This document shows, piece after piece, positions 12,298 through 24,873 of a stretch of DNA of 64,000 bases (the stretch's first letter is position 1; each line of letters opens with the position of its first letter). Location: the NCBI GenBank assembly GCA_950097015.1, contig CATNEN010000001.1, forward strand, positions 18,538,001 to 18,602,000. Direction: 5' to 3'. Origin of the DNA: Macrostomum hystrix. Lineage: Eukaryota > Animalia > Platyhelminthes. The position numbers were made by a program, and so were the translations under genes. The notes under the pieces were generated by a model. That model was not told where the DNA came from. It searched no databases and was given only the letters and a program-made list of their open reading frames with translations.

Positions 12298-15200
12298 ATG
12301 CCGTCCATTGACTATAACTCGTGCGCCATCGATGGGCCAGACTTTCGCTTCGCCCTGCTAGAGCATGAGCGCCAACTAGAGGAATCAGTCAAGACAATGA
12401 AGTCGGTGATTGACAGCTTCAAGCGCGTCCAGGAGACTGGCCGGTCCTATAACCTGGCTCTGATCTCATTTTCTCAGTCCATCGAACGGTTGGGCTTCGA
12501 CCAGCAGAGCGGACTTGCAGACTCCACCGCTGGCAGTCCGGCTGCACCCCAGGCTGCAAATCTCAGCAAAGCTGAACGAGACATGGCCAAATTCACCGCC
12601 CAGTTTGCCAAGGATTTGCAGTACATCGAGGACGCCAGGCAGAGATGGCTGACAATATCTCAGGAGTCATTTCTCAAGGTGAGCTCAATTATATTAGAAT
12701 AATTGTGAGACACTGAGAGTGTACACTGCCTGACGATGAGAGTCAGGGCAGGTGTACACACCTGTGTGCGTGTGTGCTCAGGAGTCATGTGCCATTGCCC
12801 GCAGCCCTCCTGCAATTATTAAATTATATATTATTATATATTATGAACATATCCCATTGTGGGTTACCTCATTTTATCCCATTGTCCCATCATGCTCTCC
12901 CAGGTGCTCTCCCAACAGCGGTCGAAAATTCGCGACTTTCTCAACGAGACCCGGCGCTCGTACTACGACGAGACCAGAAAGTTCTACCACAACCAGGAGC
13001 GAACTCTCGGCTTAAAGCAGCAGACTGGGAAAAATGCGGAGCCCAGGAACTGGTCAGCCATTGACAAGGACTCGGACACGGAACGGTTGAACTACTTCAA
13101 CAGGACTTACGACTACGTGAAGACTCTGCAGTGCGAGCAGGCCAAGAACAAGGTGCGCTTCTTTGAGGTGATCGCCACCCTGCAGAGCGTGTGGAAATGC
13201 TTCTACCAGGAGTGCAACGACAACCTCACCGAGCGGGAGAAGAATATGCACGCCACTAACGAGTCCGTGGCCAACTATAACGAGAGCATCGAAGTGGCCG
13301 AGAAGGAGCTGGAAGAGAATCGCCAGAAGTTGTTGGACGCCAACGCTTGGCGCCGTCATGGCAGTCGGCAGTGCCAGACTCTGGAAGGCTACCTGCTCCT
13401 GCTGGCTCAGAAGAAGCTCAGCGTCACTCCTAACAATTGGCAGCGATATTTTTGCACTTTTAATCGGCACAGGCGGGTGCTCACGCTGCAGGCATTTTCG
13501 CCGGCCAATCCGGGACGGACGGACTCGGCTTCGTCCGCTGGCGACTCCGGTCTGGGCGGCTGCGTTGTGGCAGTCGGCTTCCCGTCCAATAGCGAAGTTG
13601 ATCGGCGGTTCATGTTTGAAGTTGAGCTTAACGACTCCACTAGGACTCTGCTCATGCAGGTGCGTGATGACCGGTCATTCATCTGTAGGAGAGAGGGGCA
13701 ATGACCGGTCATTCATCTGTAGGAGAGAGGGGCAATGACCGGTCATTAATCAGTAAAAGAGAGGGGCAATGACCGGTCATTAATCAGTAAAAGAGAGGGG
13801 CAATGACCGGTCATTAATCAGTAAAAGAGAGGGGCAATGACCGGTCATTAATCAGTAAAAGAGAGGGGCAATAACCGGTCATTAATCAGTAAAAGAGAGG
13901 GGCAATGACCGGTCATTAATCAGTAAAAGAGAGGGGCAATGACCGGTCATTAATCAGTAAAAGAGAGGGGCAATGACCGGTCATTAATCAGTAAAAGAGA
14001 GGGGCAATGACCGGTCATTAATCAGTAAAAGAGAGGGGCAATGACCGGTCATGAATCTGTTAAAGGGGGTAATGACCGGTCATGAAACTGTTAAAGGGGG
14101 TAATGACCGGTCATTAAACAGTAGGAGAGAGGGGCAATGACCGGTCATGAAACTGTTAAAGGGGGTAATGACCGGTCATTAAACAGTAGGAGAGAGGGGC
14201 AATGACCGGTCATTAAACTGTAGGAGAGAGGGGCAATGACCGGTCATTAAACAGTAGGAGAGAGGGGCAATGACCGGTAATTAATCAGTAGAAGAGAGGG
14301 GCAATGACCGGTCATGAATCAGTGTTAGTAAGGGGTAATGACCGGTCATGAAACTGTTTAAGTGGGGTAATGACCGGTCTTGAAACTGTGTTAAAGGGGG
14401 TAATGACCTGTCGTGAATCAGTGTTAAAGTGGGGTATTGACCTGTCATAAATCAGTGTTTAATTGAGGTAATGACCGTTCATGAAACTGTGTATAAGTGG
14501 GTTAATGACCGGTTATGAATCAGTCTCCTCCAAAGGCTTTGTACAGCTGTTCAGTCCATGGACAGGGTGCCACCGTACCCACCCAAAATTCGCTCCCAGC
14601 AACTCCCGACCTCCCAGTCAGAAGCTCCATCAACTGGCATGCGTTTAAGAGAACAACTGTCCCCATCCCCCCACAAACCAGGCCTACTCACTGAGCGAGT
14701 TTCAAAGCTGGACGCGGGCCCTGCGCGGAGATCCGGCATCAACCGAGGACAATCAGGACGACGACGCGAGTCGACCACGACCGAGCGAATTGGAAGCGCA
14801 AAGATTCGAAGCCTGCCTAGCTGAGCTGGACAGTCGCTGCCTGGACGAAGAGGGCCTGTACCGGGTTGAGGGTCGCAGCAAACTCGTCGAAGAATTCGTG
14901 CGCGGCTTCATCATGGGCCGACCCGACCTGCCTGGGCAGCCGGTGCAACAGGTGAGACAGGCACCGCCGTCTGGTTTAGTGCAGCACTCGGAATTACTGC
15001 CTGCTTGATGCACTCTCCATCCTCTTCTCCCCTCTCTTCTCCCCTCTTCTCCGCACATCTTATCCCCTCTCTTCTCCTCTTCTTTCCTTTTCTCCCCTCT
15101 CTTCTCCCCACTCTTCTCCCCTCTTCTCCCCTCTCTTATCCCCCTTCTCCCGTCTTCTCCCCCCTTCTCCCCCCTCTTCTTCCCTTCTCTTCTCCCTCCT

Positions 15201-16291
15201 TTTTTCACTCGTCTTCCCCTCTCTTTTCTCCTTCCTCTTCTTAATCCTTCGCTCCTCTTCCCCCTCCTCTTTTCCCCTCCTCCTCTCCCTCCTTTCTTCG
15301 CTCCTCTTCCCCCTCCTCTTTTCCCCTCCTGCTCTTTCGTCCTCAAATAACCCTCCACTTTTTCTGTCCCCTCCTCGTCTTCTGTCTTTCTCTTGCGTTA
15401 CCTCTTTTACCCCGTTACTCTTCCATTATGATCAGATTCGACAATTTCATGCAGACAGTGAAATTTCCAAATAATTATCTCTCGCTCTCGCCGCAGCCCA
15501 ATCAGGTTGATGTTCGCGTACTGAGCAGCAGCGTGAAGCGCTACCTGAAGCAGCTGCCTGAGCCGCTGATCACCTACGCTGTGGTTGACCGCCTGCTGCA
15601 GCTGCTAGCCTGCAGCGGTTCGGATGCCTCGGCACTCCTTGAATCGCCAGACGCTGTCCAATCTCTCAGGCAGCAGTTTGACAGCAGCCTGCCGGCTATC
15701 AATCGGCGCCTAATTCAAGCCCTGATGTCCCACTTCAATAGATTAGTCAGCCGGGCTGACGTCAACAAGATGACAGACGCCAATGTGGCCATTGTGTTTG
15801 CCCCGACCCTGTGCTGGCCCCAGCATGTCAACCTGCAGAGCATGCAGGCCTGCGCCCTAGCAGGCAGGTACCTGCTGCTGGCACTCATGCATCACCCGGA
15901 GCAATTCCTCGGCGCCTGTTCTTCCTTCACTTCGCCTAGCGCGCCGGCTACCGCCTTGGCGCAGCAGCCGAAGTCTCATCACCAGATCCTTAGTCGGAGC
16001 CTCGTACCCTCCAGCACAGCTGGTGGCGTCAGCAGCGCAGGCGGAGGCGGCGCATCCTCAGCGTCATCCTCTTCGACCATCGTGACAGCCGGGCTGAATC
16101 TGGAAGGTCCGAAACGAAGCGCCAGGACATTGTATCCGTGCGTTGGCGACTCCCCAGCCGAGCTGTCATTCGCAGCCAACGAATTGGTCTATGATGTGCA
16201 GCGAATCTCCAGAGTTGACGGCTGGTGCTTCGGCGTTATCAACGGCCGGTCTGGTATTATTCCCAGCAACTATATTCAGATTCTGCAGTGA
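12298..16291 (+). CDS. GRAF/oligophrenin-family RhoGAP (BAR-PH-RhoGAP-SH3). Exons 12298-12678, 12904-13659, 14682-14951, 15497(or 15506)-16291
   Basis: N-terminal DGPDFRFALLEHERQLE (GRAF BAR start); PH motifs EGYL, WQRYFC, DRRFMFEV, QAYSLSEFQSW; RhoGAP EEGLYRVEG arginine finger, KRYLKQLPEPL, NKMTDANVAIVFAPTL; SH3 ARTLYPC...ELSF...GW...GIIPSNY; all introns phase 0 GT-AG. Confidence 0.9.
12705..12845 (+). mobile_element. SINE family A 3' fragment in RhoGAP intron 1
   Basis: GAGAGTGTACACTGCCTGACGATGAG...GCCCGCAGCCCTCCTGCAATTATT matches 20640-20812. Confidence 0.75.
13666..14522. repeat. ~32-bp minisatellite with palindromic core AATGACCGGTCATT in RhoGAP intron 2
   Basis: About 27 units, homogeneous on the left and decaying to the right. 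Confidence 0.95.
15012..15425. repeat. CT-rich low-complexity tract in RhoGAP intron 3
   Basis: Almost pure pyrimidine on the + strand. Confidence 0.9.
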
Positions 16292-16696
16292 AACTATGCC
16301 ATTGCGGGTCAGTCATTTGGCTGCTTTGTTATAACCCGTGTCTTCCCTGCTAACCTATAACTGCTGGTTCGCGTATATCTGGCCACGGTAACTCGTATTA
16401 ATAATGAAATCGTATTTTATTATGCTCTTTACCTATATAAATCTATTTATATTTTTAAATAAACGTTACTTTGCTTCTCAAGCAAAACAGTTTTATTTTT
16501 CATTTTTAAAAGTTGTTATTGGCTTTGATTTTGAGCTAATAATTGCTGCGCCTGATCTTAGCTCCCAGGTATTATCGGTTTTATTAGTACTATATTATGC
16601 AACAGAACTGACAATGCTGCTTCATGAAACCTTCAAGGTTATCTAAGATGCGTTCCAGCAGTATCTGTTTCCCACATTTACATCTAATCAATAAAC

Positions 16697-17790
16697 CCCT
16701 CCTTATCTCCCCTTTACTCTCCTACTCTCCCCTTTCCTCTCCTACTCTCCTCTTACCTCTCCTTCTCTCCCCTTTCCTCTCCTACTCTCTTCTTTCCTCT
16801 CCTACTCTCCCCTTTCCTCTCCTACTCTCCTCTTACCTCTCCTTCTCTCCCCTTTCCTCTCCTACTCTCCTCTTTCCTCTCCTACTCTCCTCTTTCCTCT
16901 CCTACTCTCCCCTTTCCTCTCCTACTCTCCTCTTACCTCTCCATCTCTCCCCTTTCCTCTCCTACTCTCCCCTTTCCACTTCTTCTCTCCCCTTTCCTCT
17001 ACCACTCTCCCCTTTCCTCTCCTACTCTCCCCTTTCCTCTACCACTCTCCCCTTTCCTCTCCTTCTCTCCCCTTTCCTCTCCTACTCTCCCCTTTCCTCT
17101 CCTACTCTCCCCTTTCCTCTCCTTCTCTCCCCTTTCCTCTCCTACTCTCCCCTTTCCTCTCCTACTCTCCCCTTTCCTCTCCTACTCTCCTCTTACCTCT
17201 CCTTCTCTCCCCTTTCCACTCCTACTCTCCCCATTCCTCTACTACTCTTCCCTTACCTGTCCTACTCTCCCCTTTCCTCTCCTACTCTCCTCTTACCTCT
17301 CCTACTCTCCTCTTACCTCTCCTTCTCTCCCCTTTCCTCTCCTACTCTCCTCTTTCCTCTCCTACTCTCCTCTTTCCTCTCCTACTCTCCCCTTTCCTCT
17401 CCTACTCTCCTCTTACCTCTCCATCTCTCCCCTTTCCTCTCCTACTCTCCCCTTTCCACTTCTTCTCTCCCCTTTCCTCTACCACTCTCCCCTTTCCTCT
17501 CCTACTCTCCCCTTTCCTCTACCACTCTCCCCTTTCCTCTCCTTCTCTCCCCTTTCCACTCCTACTCTCCCCTTTCCTCTCCTACTCTCCTCTTACCTCT
17601 CCTTCTCTCCCCTTTCCTCTCCTACTCTCCCCTTTCCTCTCCTACTCTCCTCTTACCTCTCCATCTCTCCCCTTTCCTCTCCTACTCTCCCCTTTCCACT
17701 CCTTCTCTCCCCTTTCCTCTCCTACTCTCCCCTTTCCTCTACCACTCTCCCCTTTCCTCTACCACTCTCCCCTTTCCTCTCCTACTCTCC
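16697..17790. repeat. 1.1-kb polypyrimidine minisatellite (CCTACTCTCC CCTTTCCTCT)n with higher-order repeat
   Basis: 10/20-bp units in register; the block near 16820-17070 recurs 480 bp later. Confidence 0.95.
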
Positions 17791-18689
17791 CGTTTTCTAT
17801 CTTAAAAGGCCATTCTGAAAGATCAGGTGTTGTTAAAGTACATTTTTGGTATTTTCCTTGCGAACAGCAAAAGTGCAATAATTACTGTACTGTTCGCATA
17901 AATATTAGTTCATTTTTATAGTCTCCAGGCTTTCGTATTGTACACTGTGTCCATTTTAGAATTTATAGTTTGCTTAAATTTTTTTCACAAAAACGATTTC
18001 ATTTTTTGAAACGAATACGTATATATTTTATTTTTAGATTACAAAATCGAAAATGCTCACACAGGCAAGGGTATTGGCTGTTTTTACTGAGTAATCCGTA
18101 ATCCGGTATTCATTCTGCTTGCCACCTAATCAGTACAGAATTAAATTTCATTGTTTTTTTATTCTCTTCAGTGCTAGCAAATTTCATTTTTCAAATAGTT
18201 GTTATTCCTCAGTAAAATATAAGCGCTTTCAAAATTTCAAATTATATTGCTAAGTTATTTTTCTTGATTTCGTAAAGAATTGTACACTTAAATGAAAAGT
18301 ACATTTAGCTCGCAATTAGAACTAATAAGAATTTGGCACCGAGTTTGCTGAAGTTTAAAATTCATTAAAAATAAACAATGCGACTTTATACTTCATCCCA
18401 GTCGTGTACTCTCCTATTCTCTTTCTAGTTTCTTTTTCCCTCGTTGATTTGCACTTTTAGTGGCTTCCGCAGAATTGGAATTACTCTGTCTTCCACAATG
18501 TCTTCCAAAATTTAACTGGGCTAGATACATGCATAAATCAATTCTGCATACCCATGGAAATTTCTATTTGTTTATTTAACCATGTACTTTTAAAAGGCGC
18601 ATCTATTTTGTCTATTTCGCCCCTAGTCTATTAATTATCCCCATAGACAATAAATTGCATAAATTATTCTAGGCGGGAAATAAACAAAC

Positions 18690-18995
18690 AAAATCACAGT
18701 CTGATACAGAATGACTGACAGAATCACAGTCTGATACAGAATGACTGACAGAATCACAGTCTGATACAGAATGACTGACAGAATCACAGTCTGATACAGA
18801 ATGACTGACAGAATCACAGTCTGATGCAGAATGACTGACAGAATCACAGTCTGATACAGAATGACTGACAGAAACACAGTCTGATACAGAATGAGCGACA
18901 GAATCACAGTCTGATACAGAATGACTGACAGAATCAGTCTGATACAGAATGAGTGACAGAATCACAGTCTGATACAGAATGAGTGACACAGTCTG
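18690..18995. repeat. 30-bp minisatellite (GAATCACAGTCTGATACAGAATGACTGACA)n
   Basis: About 10 tandem units. Confidence 0.95.
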
Positions 18996-19064
18996 AAAGT
19001 GCTGCACATTTGCATCACTCACTACTCAAACAAGTAGGCAATTGATATATCGAATGTTTTGCAG

Positions 19065-21401
19065 GCCACGCGCTGGATGAGGTGACTCAACTGAGCAGCA
19101 GCAGCGCTGACGGTGATGAAGAAGATCGCGCCAGATCTCTGGCCAGGACCAGAATCAGTTCGCCGGACAGTGGCGTGAGCAGCAGACCCGCCTCCAGCTA
19201 CTGCCTGCGGTTGCCTTCAGGCTGGGAGAGGCACGAAGACCATGTTGGCGATTATTATTGGCACGTGCCGTCTGGCACAATTCAACGAGATCCACCGGTG
19301 CAAGGGAGACAGCCCTGCCGGCCCAGGAGCTTCTATTTCAATCGGCCGGACGGTAACTGCCGCGGGGCTGGAAATGACGCCCGACTTGATTTATTAGCAT
19401 TCAGATTGTCAGCTGTCAGTCAATATCAGTCACCGTCAGTCAAAATCAGTCAGCTGTCAGTCAAAATCAGTCAGCTGTCAATGAAAATCAGTCACCTATC
19501 AGTCAAAATCAGTCAGCTGTCAGTCAAAATCAGTCAGCTGTCAATGAAAATCAGTCACCTATCAGTCAAAATCAGTCAGCTGTCAGTCAAAATCAGTCAA
19601 AATCAGTCAGCTGTCAGTCAAAATCAGTCAGCTGTCAGTCAAAATCAGTCAGCTGTCAGTCAAAATCAGTCAGCTGTCAGTCAAAATCAGTCAGCTGCCA
19701 GTCAAAATCAGTCAGCTGTCAGTCAAAATCAGTCAGCTGTCAGTCAGCTGTCAGTCAGCTGTCAATCACAATCAGTCAGCAAATTGTAAAAGTAAAAAAA
19801 TGTTCACATTGTTTGGCACTCTCAACACCAGGACCCCTTGAGCCGGTGGCACACGCACTCACAATCGAAAAGCCCGGACATCAGCCACCGCTGTCGCCTG
19901 CAGCTTCAACTCAAGGTGCCGCCACTGCCGCCGCCGCTGTCTCTGCTGCTTCAGTCGACTCGGCAGAGACGCTGCAGTTCCCAGCCAGTTATCTGGGCTG
20001 GCGAAGGCTGGACAACGCCGACATCGTCTGCTCGGATCGGTCTAGTCAAGCGGTGAATCTGTGCATTCGAGCTGTCTCCGCCGAGGCGAAGCATCGACAG
20101 CTTGGATGCAGTGCCGATGCTACTCACAGTAATCATAACATTCTTGAGCTTGACTGGAAGACCCTCACTTACTTTGGCTGTGGCGCAGACGGCTCGACCA
20201 GGTATCCGCGACCGCAGCCCCTGCTGTCCATTCGTCTGTGGGGCGCTTCCGGGCCACATTTCGCCTACGTGTCTCGAGAACAATGCGACCTTTCTTCTTC
20301 GTCTGCTTCTAGTCAGCAGAGGGGATTCCTCTGCCACGTGTTTCACTGCCAGCCGGACAACTCGGCTGCCAGTCTGGCCAACGCTCTCTGCCATCGCTGC
20401 AAGCTCCTGCTGATGACTACATCTGCAGCCGCTCATTCGTCCGTGTCGCCAGCATCGTCGCCTGAGCCAGGTTCTGTGTCGTTGTCCAGCGCTGGTTATC
20501 ATCATCAGAGGGTGAGTGGAAGAGCGGTCAAACGCGTTTGCCTCTCGCAACAAGGTCCCTAAGTTCGATTCCGCGGCGAGGCCACATTCATTTGGGGCGC
20601 AGCCGGGGAGAAAAAGCTTGGGGGCTTGTCGTGCACAGTGAGAGTGTACACTGCCTGACGATGAGAAATTCAGGGCAGATGTACACACTTGTGTGCCAGC
20701 GTACAGTATCTGAGTGCGTGAGTGCTCAGAAGTCAGCGGAATGGGCCGCGGGTCTACTGTCACTGTCACTCTAATGTGCCCGCAGCCCTCCTGCAATAAA
20801 TTATTATTATTGACACCATCATCATCCCCATTATCCCCATCCCCAGCAGCAGCAGCATCGGAGGCCATTGAGTTTGGCTCTGTTTCCAGCACCGCAGGCT
20901 GAGCCGCGCATGTCTGTGCCATGCCTGTATCTCGGCTACAGCCTCCTGGAACTGTCTGGCTCTAGCAGCTCCGTGGACATTGATCAGCTGAATCTTGCCA
21001 TTGATTCCATTGTTTCCGGGAACTCAAAAGATCTACAACCAGAAGCCTGCAACAATGCTATTTTACTAGCGTCGCCGTCTACTATTAGCATAGTGGTTCA
21101 CGATCAGTTGCCTGCCAAAGTGGAGTTTCGAGTGCGGTTTCTGAGGTTTCTGGGCGTCAGTCGTCGCTCTGTACAGCTGGCGGCTTTGGTATTTCAGAAC
21201 GCCGCGGGTCAGTCGGAGTGTCACGTCTGCAGCTGCCAACCTGACTGCGGCTCCCTGTGCACAACTGTTCAGGCCGCCTGCAATCTCAGGTATCAGAAGT
21301 GCCTGGACTCTAGAAGCTGCAACATTGTCAAGCAGACGGCTGGCAGTGCCGGTGACGCGCCGGATGTGGCTTCAACATCCGGCAGTGACGCGCCTAGAAA
21401 G
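19065..21401 (+). CDS. APBB: FE65/APBB-like adaptor (WW-PTB-PTB). Internal exons 19065-19352, 19832-20511, 20847-21401; first and last exons not resolved
   Basis: WW domain LPSGWERHEDHVGDYYWHVPSGTIQRDPP; PTB1 SYLGW, SSQAVNLCIR, QPLLSIRLWG, FAYVSR, CHVFHC; PTB2 FPAPQAEP, YLG, FRVRFLRFLGV, VQAACNLRYQKCLD; splice phases are compatible. Confidence 0.85.
19406..19780. repeat. 21-bp minisatellite (AGTCAAAATCAGTCAGCTGTC)n in an APBB intron
   Basis: Tandem units fill most of intron 19353-19831. Confidence 0.95.
20510..20812 (+). mobile_element. SINE family A, near full length, forming most of an APBB intron
   Basis: A-box-like TGGAAGAGCGG, B-box GTTCGATTCC at 20563, shared body, (TTA)n tail. Confidence 0.75.
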
Positions 21402-22329
21402 GTTGGCCCGTGTTCTTTCTCTATAAGTGAAGTCTTGATTAATAAAATAGTTTATATCGTTCGGCGGCAGTCGAGTTGCATACACACAGGTGTGCACATT
21501 TTCCCTGACTTCCTTGATGACCTTGATGGTTAGTCCTCACGGGGGTAAATTGTCTCGAAAAGCCACCAGGCCAGGCCGATAGCCTCTTGCACTTCGCCAA
21601 CTCACAATTCTCTCCCCTTAATTGCAGTCGCTCATGCTGCACAGCGTCGTGGCTTTGTTCTCTTCAATGTGGCGCCGAAATTCCAAGGTTTAATAATTGG
21701 CGTCGTTGGCACTGTTTATTATTTTTTCTAAACATATCGGTTAGTACCGATTTTTGTTTCAACTAGCAATATTTTTTACATATTTATATTTTTCGTATTC
21801 TAGTCAAAACAAAACAAGTTTATGGTGGTGTTTTTTCACGACTAACCGTTACATACTCAACCCTTAACGCCTAGCTATTCGATTATCGCGAATTTCTGTA
21901 TTCAACAATTGATTTTTGCTTGCCTGCTAGTCTTCATATTTCGCTTTTGCTGTCACAAAATTATATTATTTTTTTCTTTTACAAGAATAAACTTTGCTAC
22001 TTCGATTTTGTTATGTTTTTGTTAGATGCTACTGATTTTTAATACAGATGCGCGCTTCCTGATGCGGCTTTAGATTATTTTGTTTATCCCTGTCTAAATT
22101 CATCTATGCTTTTGCATCGCTTATATAACTGTTTTACTCTATACTAATCCTAGTCATTTGATTTCATTTTTTACCTACTTTTTCTTGCGTTTAACTTCGC
22201 CTTTTATAAGCACTATAAGTCATACTATGCCATTAGCAAATGCTGAAATTAGATTCTTACCGCTTTACCAACTTGGCTAACCAGGTGAAGGCTAGTGGGT
22301 TTGGGGCAGAGGATAAGTTTTGAAGTAGA

Positions 22330-22715
22330 GTAGAGAGGGTAAGGTGTGAGGTAGACGTGTGTGAGATAGCTCGTAGAGGGTAAGGTGTGAGGTAGACGTG
22401 TGTGAGAAAGAGAGTAAGGTGTGAAGTAGACGAGAGTGAGTGAGAGAGTAAGGTGTGAAGTAGACGAGAGTGAGTGAGAGAGTAAGGTGTGAGGTAGAGG
22501 TGAGTGGGTGAGAGAGTAAGGTGTGAGGTAGAGGTTAAGGAGTGAGAGAGTAAGGTGTGAGGTAGAGGTGAGTGGGTGAGAGAGTAAGGTGTGAGGTAGA
22601 GGTGAGTGGGTGAGAGAGTAAGGTGTGAGGTAGAGGTTAAGGAGTGAGAGAGTAAGGTGTGAGGTAGAGGTGAGTGGTTGAGAGGGCAATGTGTGAGGTG
22701 GAGTTGAGAAGGTAA
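22330..22715. repeat. ~36-bp purine-rich minisatellite (GAGAGAGTAAGGTGTGAGGTAGAGGTGAGTGGGT-like)
   Basis: About 10 tandem units. Confidence 0.9.
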
Positions 22716-24295
22716 GGTATGGAGCATACCTTAATATGCTCCATGCTCCATATAATGTGAATAAATATTGGCTAGTTTGGGTAGGTAACTTACATGCTGC
22801 TAATTAGTGCGAAGAAGGTCAAGGAGGGCCGGAATATTTTTGTTTTTTGCTGTAAAGTTTTGCTGAAAATATTTTAATTTACTACAGCTGCAAACTTCAT
22901 TGTACTCTTGATTCAGAAAGATTGTATTGATGCAATGAAAGTCTGCTAAATACATTCTGAATTTCGATTTTAGATTTTCGTCGGAATCAAAACAGTGATT
23001 AAATATTAGATTATTCCTTAGATGCAGCATGGCTACATAATGGACTAGGGACTTTTTGCACTTACTCTACTGTACTGAGTTATTAATTGTTATCAATGGC
23101 ATGACCAGTCAGCCGATCACCGTGTCCTGCCCACTGCAGACTTGGACAGTTTCGTTGCAGCTCACGAATCTCGATAAGTTGCCGCCTCTAAATCTGATCT
23201 CAGTTGATTTCAACAGCAGCAGCAGCAGCAGCAGCAGCAAAGCTAGCAAAGCCAGTGCGGAACAAATCATTCGCCTGTTGCTTCCGTCTCGGCAGCAGCC
23301 CCTGTTGGCTGCAGGAGCAGCAGAACCGGCCATTCTGGCCGCTAGCTGGCAGTTTCCGTTGCCTCCTGTTGCCAGGGACTCGCAGCAGTAGCTTATGCCG
23401 TCCTCTTCGATCTCGTTGCTCTTCAAGCGCTTGTTAGTCCAGTGATCGAATGGCTCCATCATGACGGCCGCTTCGTGCATCGCCATGGCTGCGATAGTGC
23501 TGGGCTGGCTGTGGGATCTGGTCTGATAGTTGATTAATGAACAATGCAGCCACATTAAGATCAGCAAATGACTGCCTACGAGCTAAACTATCTCACGATA
23601 CTCAGCCGGCACAAATATTAGCACATTGCTGACCCAGTGGCATTGGAGTAGAATGAGCTAGAGGCAGAGCGAAAGGGCTCTGGCCAATGACTTGAAGTCT
23701 ATTTACCAGACAAGCAATCGAATCAAATACGTACAGTGATTTCGCATGCGAGGAAGATCTGAAATTGCATACCGGCTAAATTTAAATACACCAGCATGAT
23801 AGATTTGAACCCAACCTACTACTCACTATTGTGGCTCGCGATCAACTAGTTTTTTGTCGACACAAGATCTGATCGACAAGATCTGATCGCGAGAAACTTG
23901 GGGCTTAGAGGCGAGAAAGCAATGCTGTGTCCAGAGACTAACAACTAACTTTTTCGATCAGGGCGACTCGGCACTTCAACCACTAGTAGAAGGGCGAGAT
24001 AATTGATCGTTTCTTGAAAATTTTATTGAAGGCTGATTTTCACGGAAAAATGCACTAGCCAGATAGGAACTTTGCACGTTTTCATATTAAAATGTTAAAA
24101 ATTTCACTAAAATAAAATGAGGATCAATTATTCATAAATAAAGCTTTGTAAAATTCGTTGCAGCAACATGTTTTGCAGTATTTAATTAACGAACAGCATT
24201 GGATTTGCTTCCAATAAAAATTTATCCCTAGATCCCAGTGCCCTGAATCACATCAAACTGAGCGGCAGCCTCTGAGTTCTTTGCATCATAGCAGA

Positions 24296-24873
24296 GGGTT
24301 GTTCTGCAGAGCGCCGCGCTGCCAGATCGCCTGAGGTCTCGGCTGTTTCAGGCGGTGGTCGAGACCGTCCTGACCTACAACGCCGAGACGTGGACGCTGA
24401 CCGAGACGCTGGAGAAGCGGCTGGACGCAACCCACTCCAGCCTGGTGCGTGGGTCCTTCGGCATCTCCTCCCCGAGGTTGTCTCGAACGCGGCCCTCTAC
24501 CGACGAGCCGGCCTGCGACCACCCAGCGAGACCATCCGGCGACGGCGGCTGCAGCTGGCGGGCCACGTGATCCGCGCGGAAGCCTACTGCCCTGAACCGG
24601 TGCAGGACGTCCTGCTGCTCACGCTGCGGGGCACCTGGCGCCGGGGGCAGGCCAGGACGCGCCGTTACGTGGACTGCCTGCTTGCTGATGCCGGTGTCAT
24701 CGACTGGACCAACGCTGCGGCTGCCTTCAGGGAGCGAGCCATGAGGAGGGTGCTCTGACACTGCCGCCATGCTCTCACTTTTCCCCTTTCTTTCCCCATT
24801 TTTCTCTTTTGCCCCATGCTCCCCCCTTTTTCTTTGCCTTCTTCTGCGGCAGTGTAAATGTATGTATGTATGT
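24296..24873 (+). mobile_element. 5'-truncated RTE-clade LINE 3' end
   Basis: Translates LFQAVVETVLTYNAETWTLT..EKRLD and SNAALY...IRRRRLQLAGHVIR...RRGQAR (RTE C-terminus, frameshifted); (TGTA)n tail; TSD ATCATAGCAGA at 24285-24295 and 24874-24884. Confidence 0.9.

Noticed and set aside
14536-14824. Alternative RhoGAP exon or ORF 14558..14824
   Set aside because: The acceptor at 14535 leads to a stop; the acceptor at 14681 restores the PH C-terminal helix in frame
16624-17805. 393-aa L/S/P ORF
   Set aside because: Translation of a pyrimidine repeat that cannot contain stops
19951-20922. 323-aa minus-strand ORF
   Set aside because: Antisense shadow of the APBB exon plus a SINE
23056-23567. 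Overlapping ORFs around a (CAG)n tract
   Set aside because: No recognisable domain or consistent exon structure
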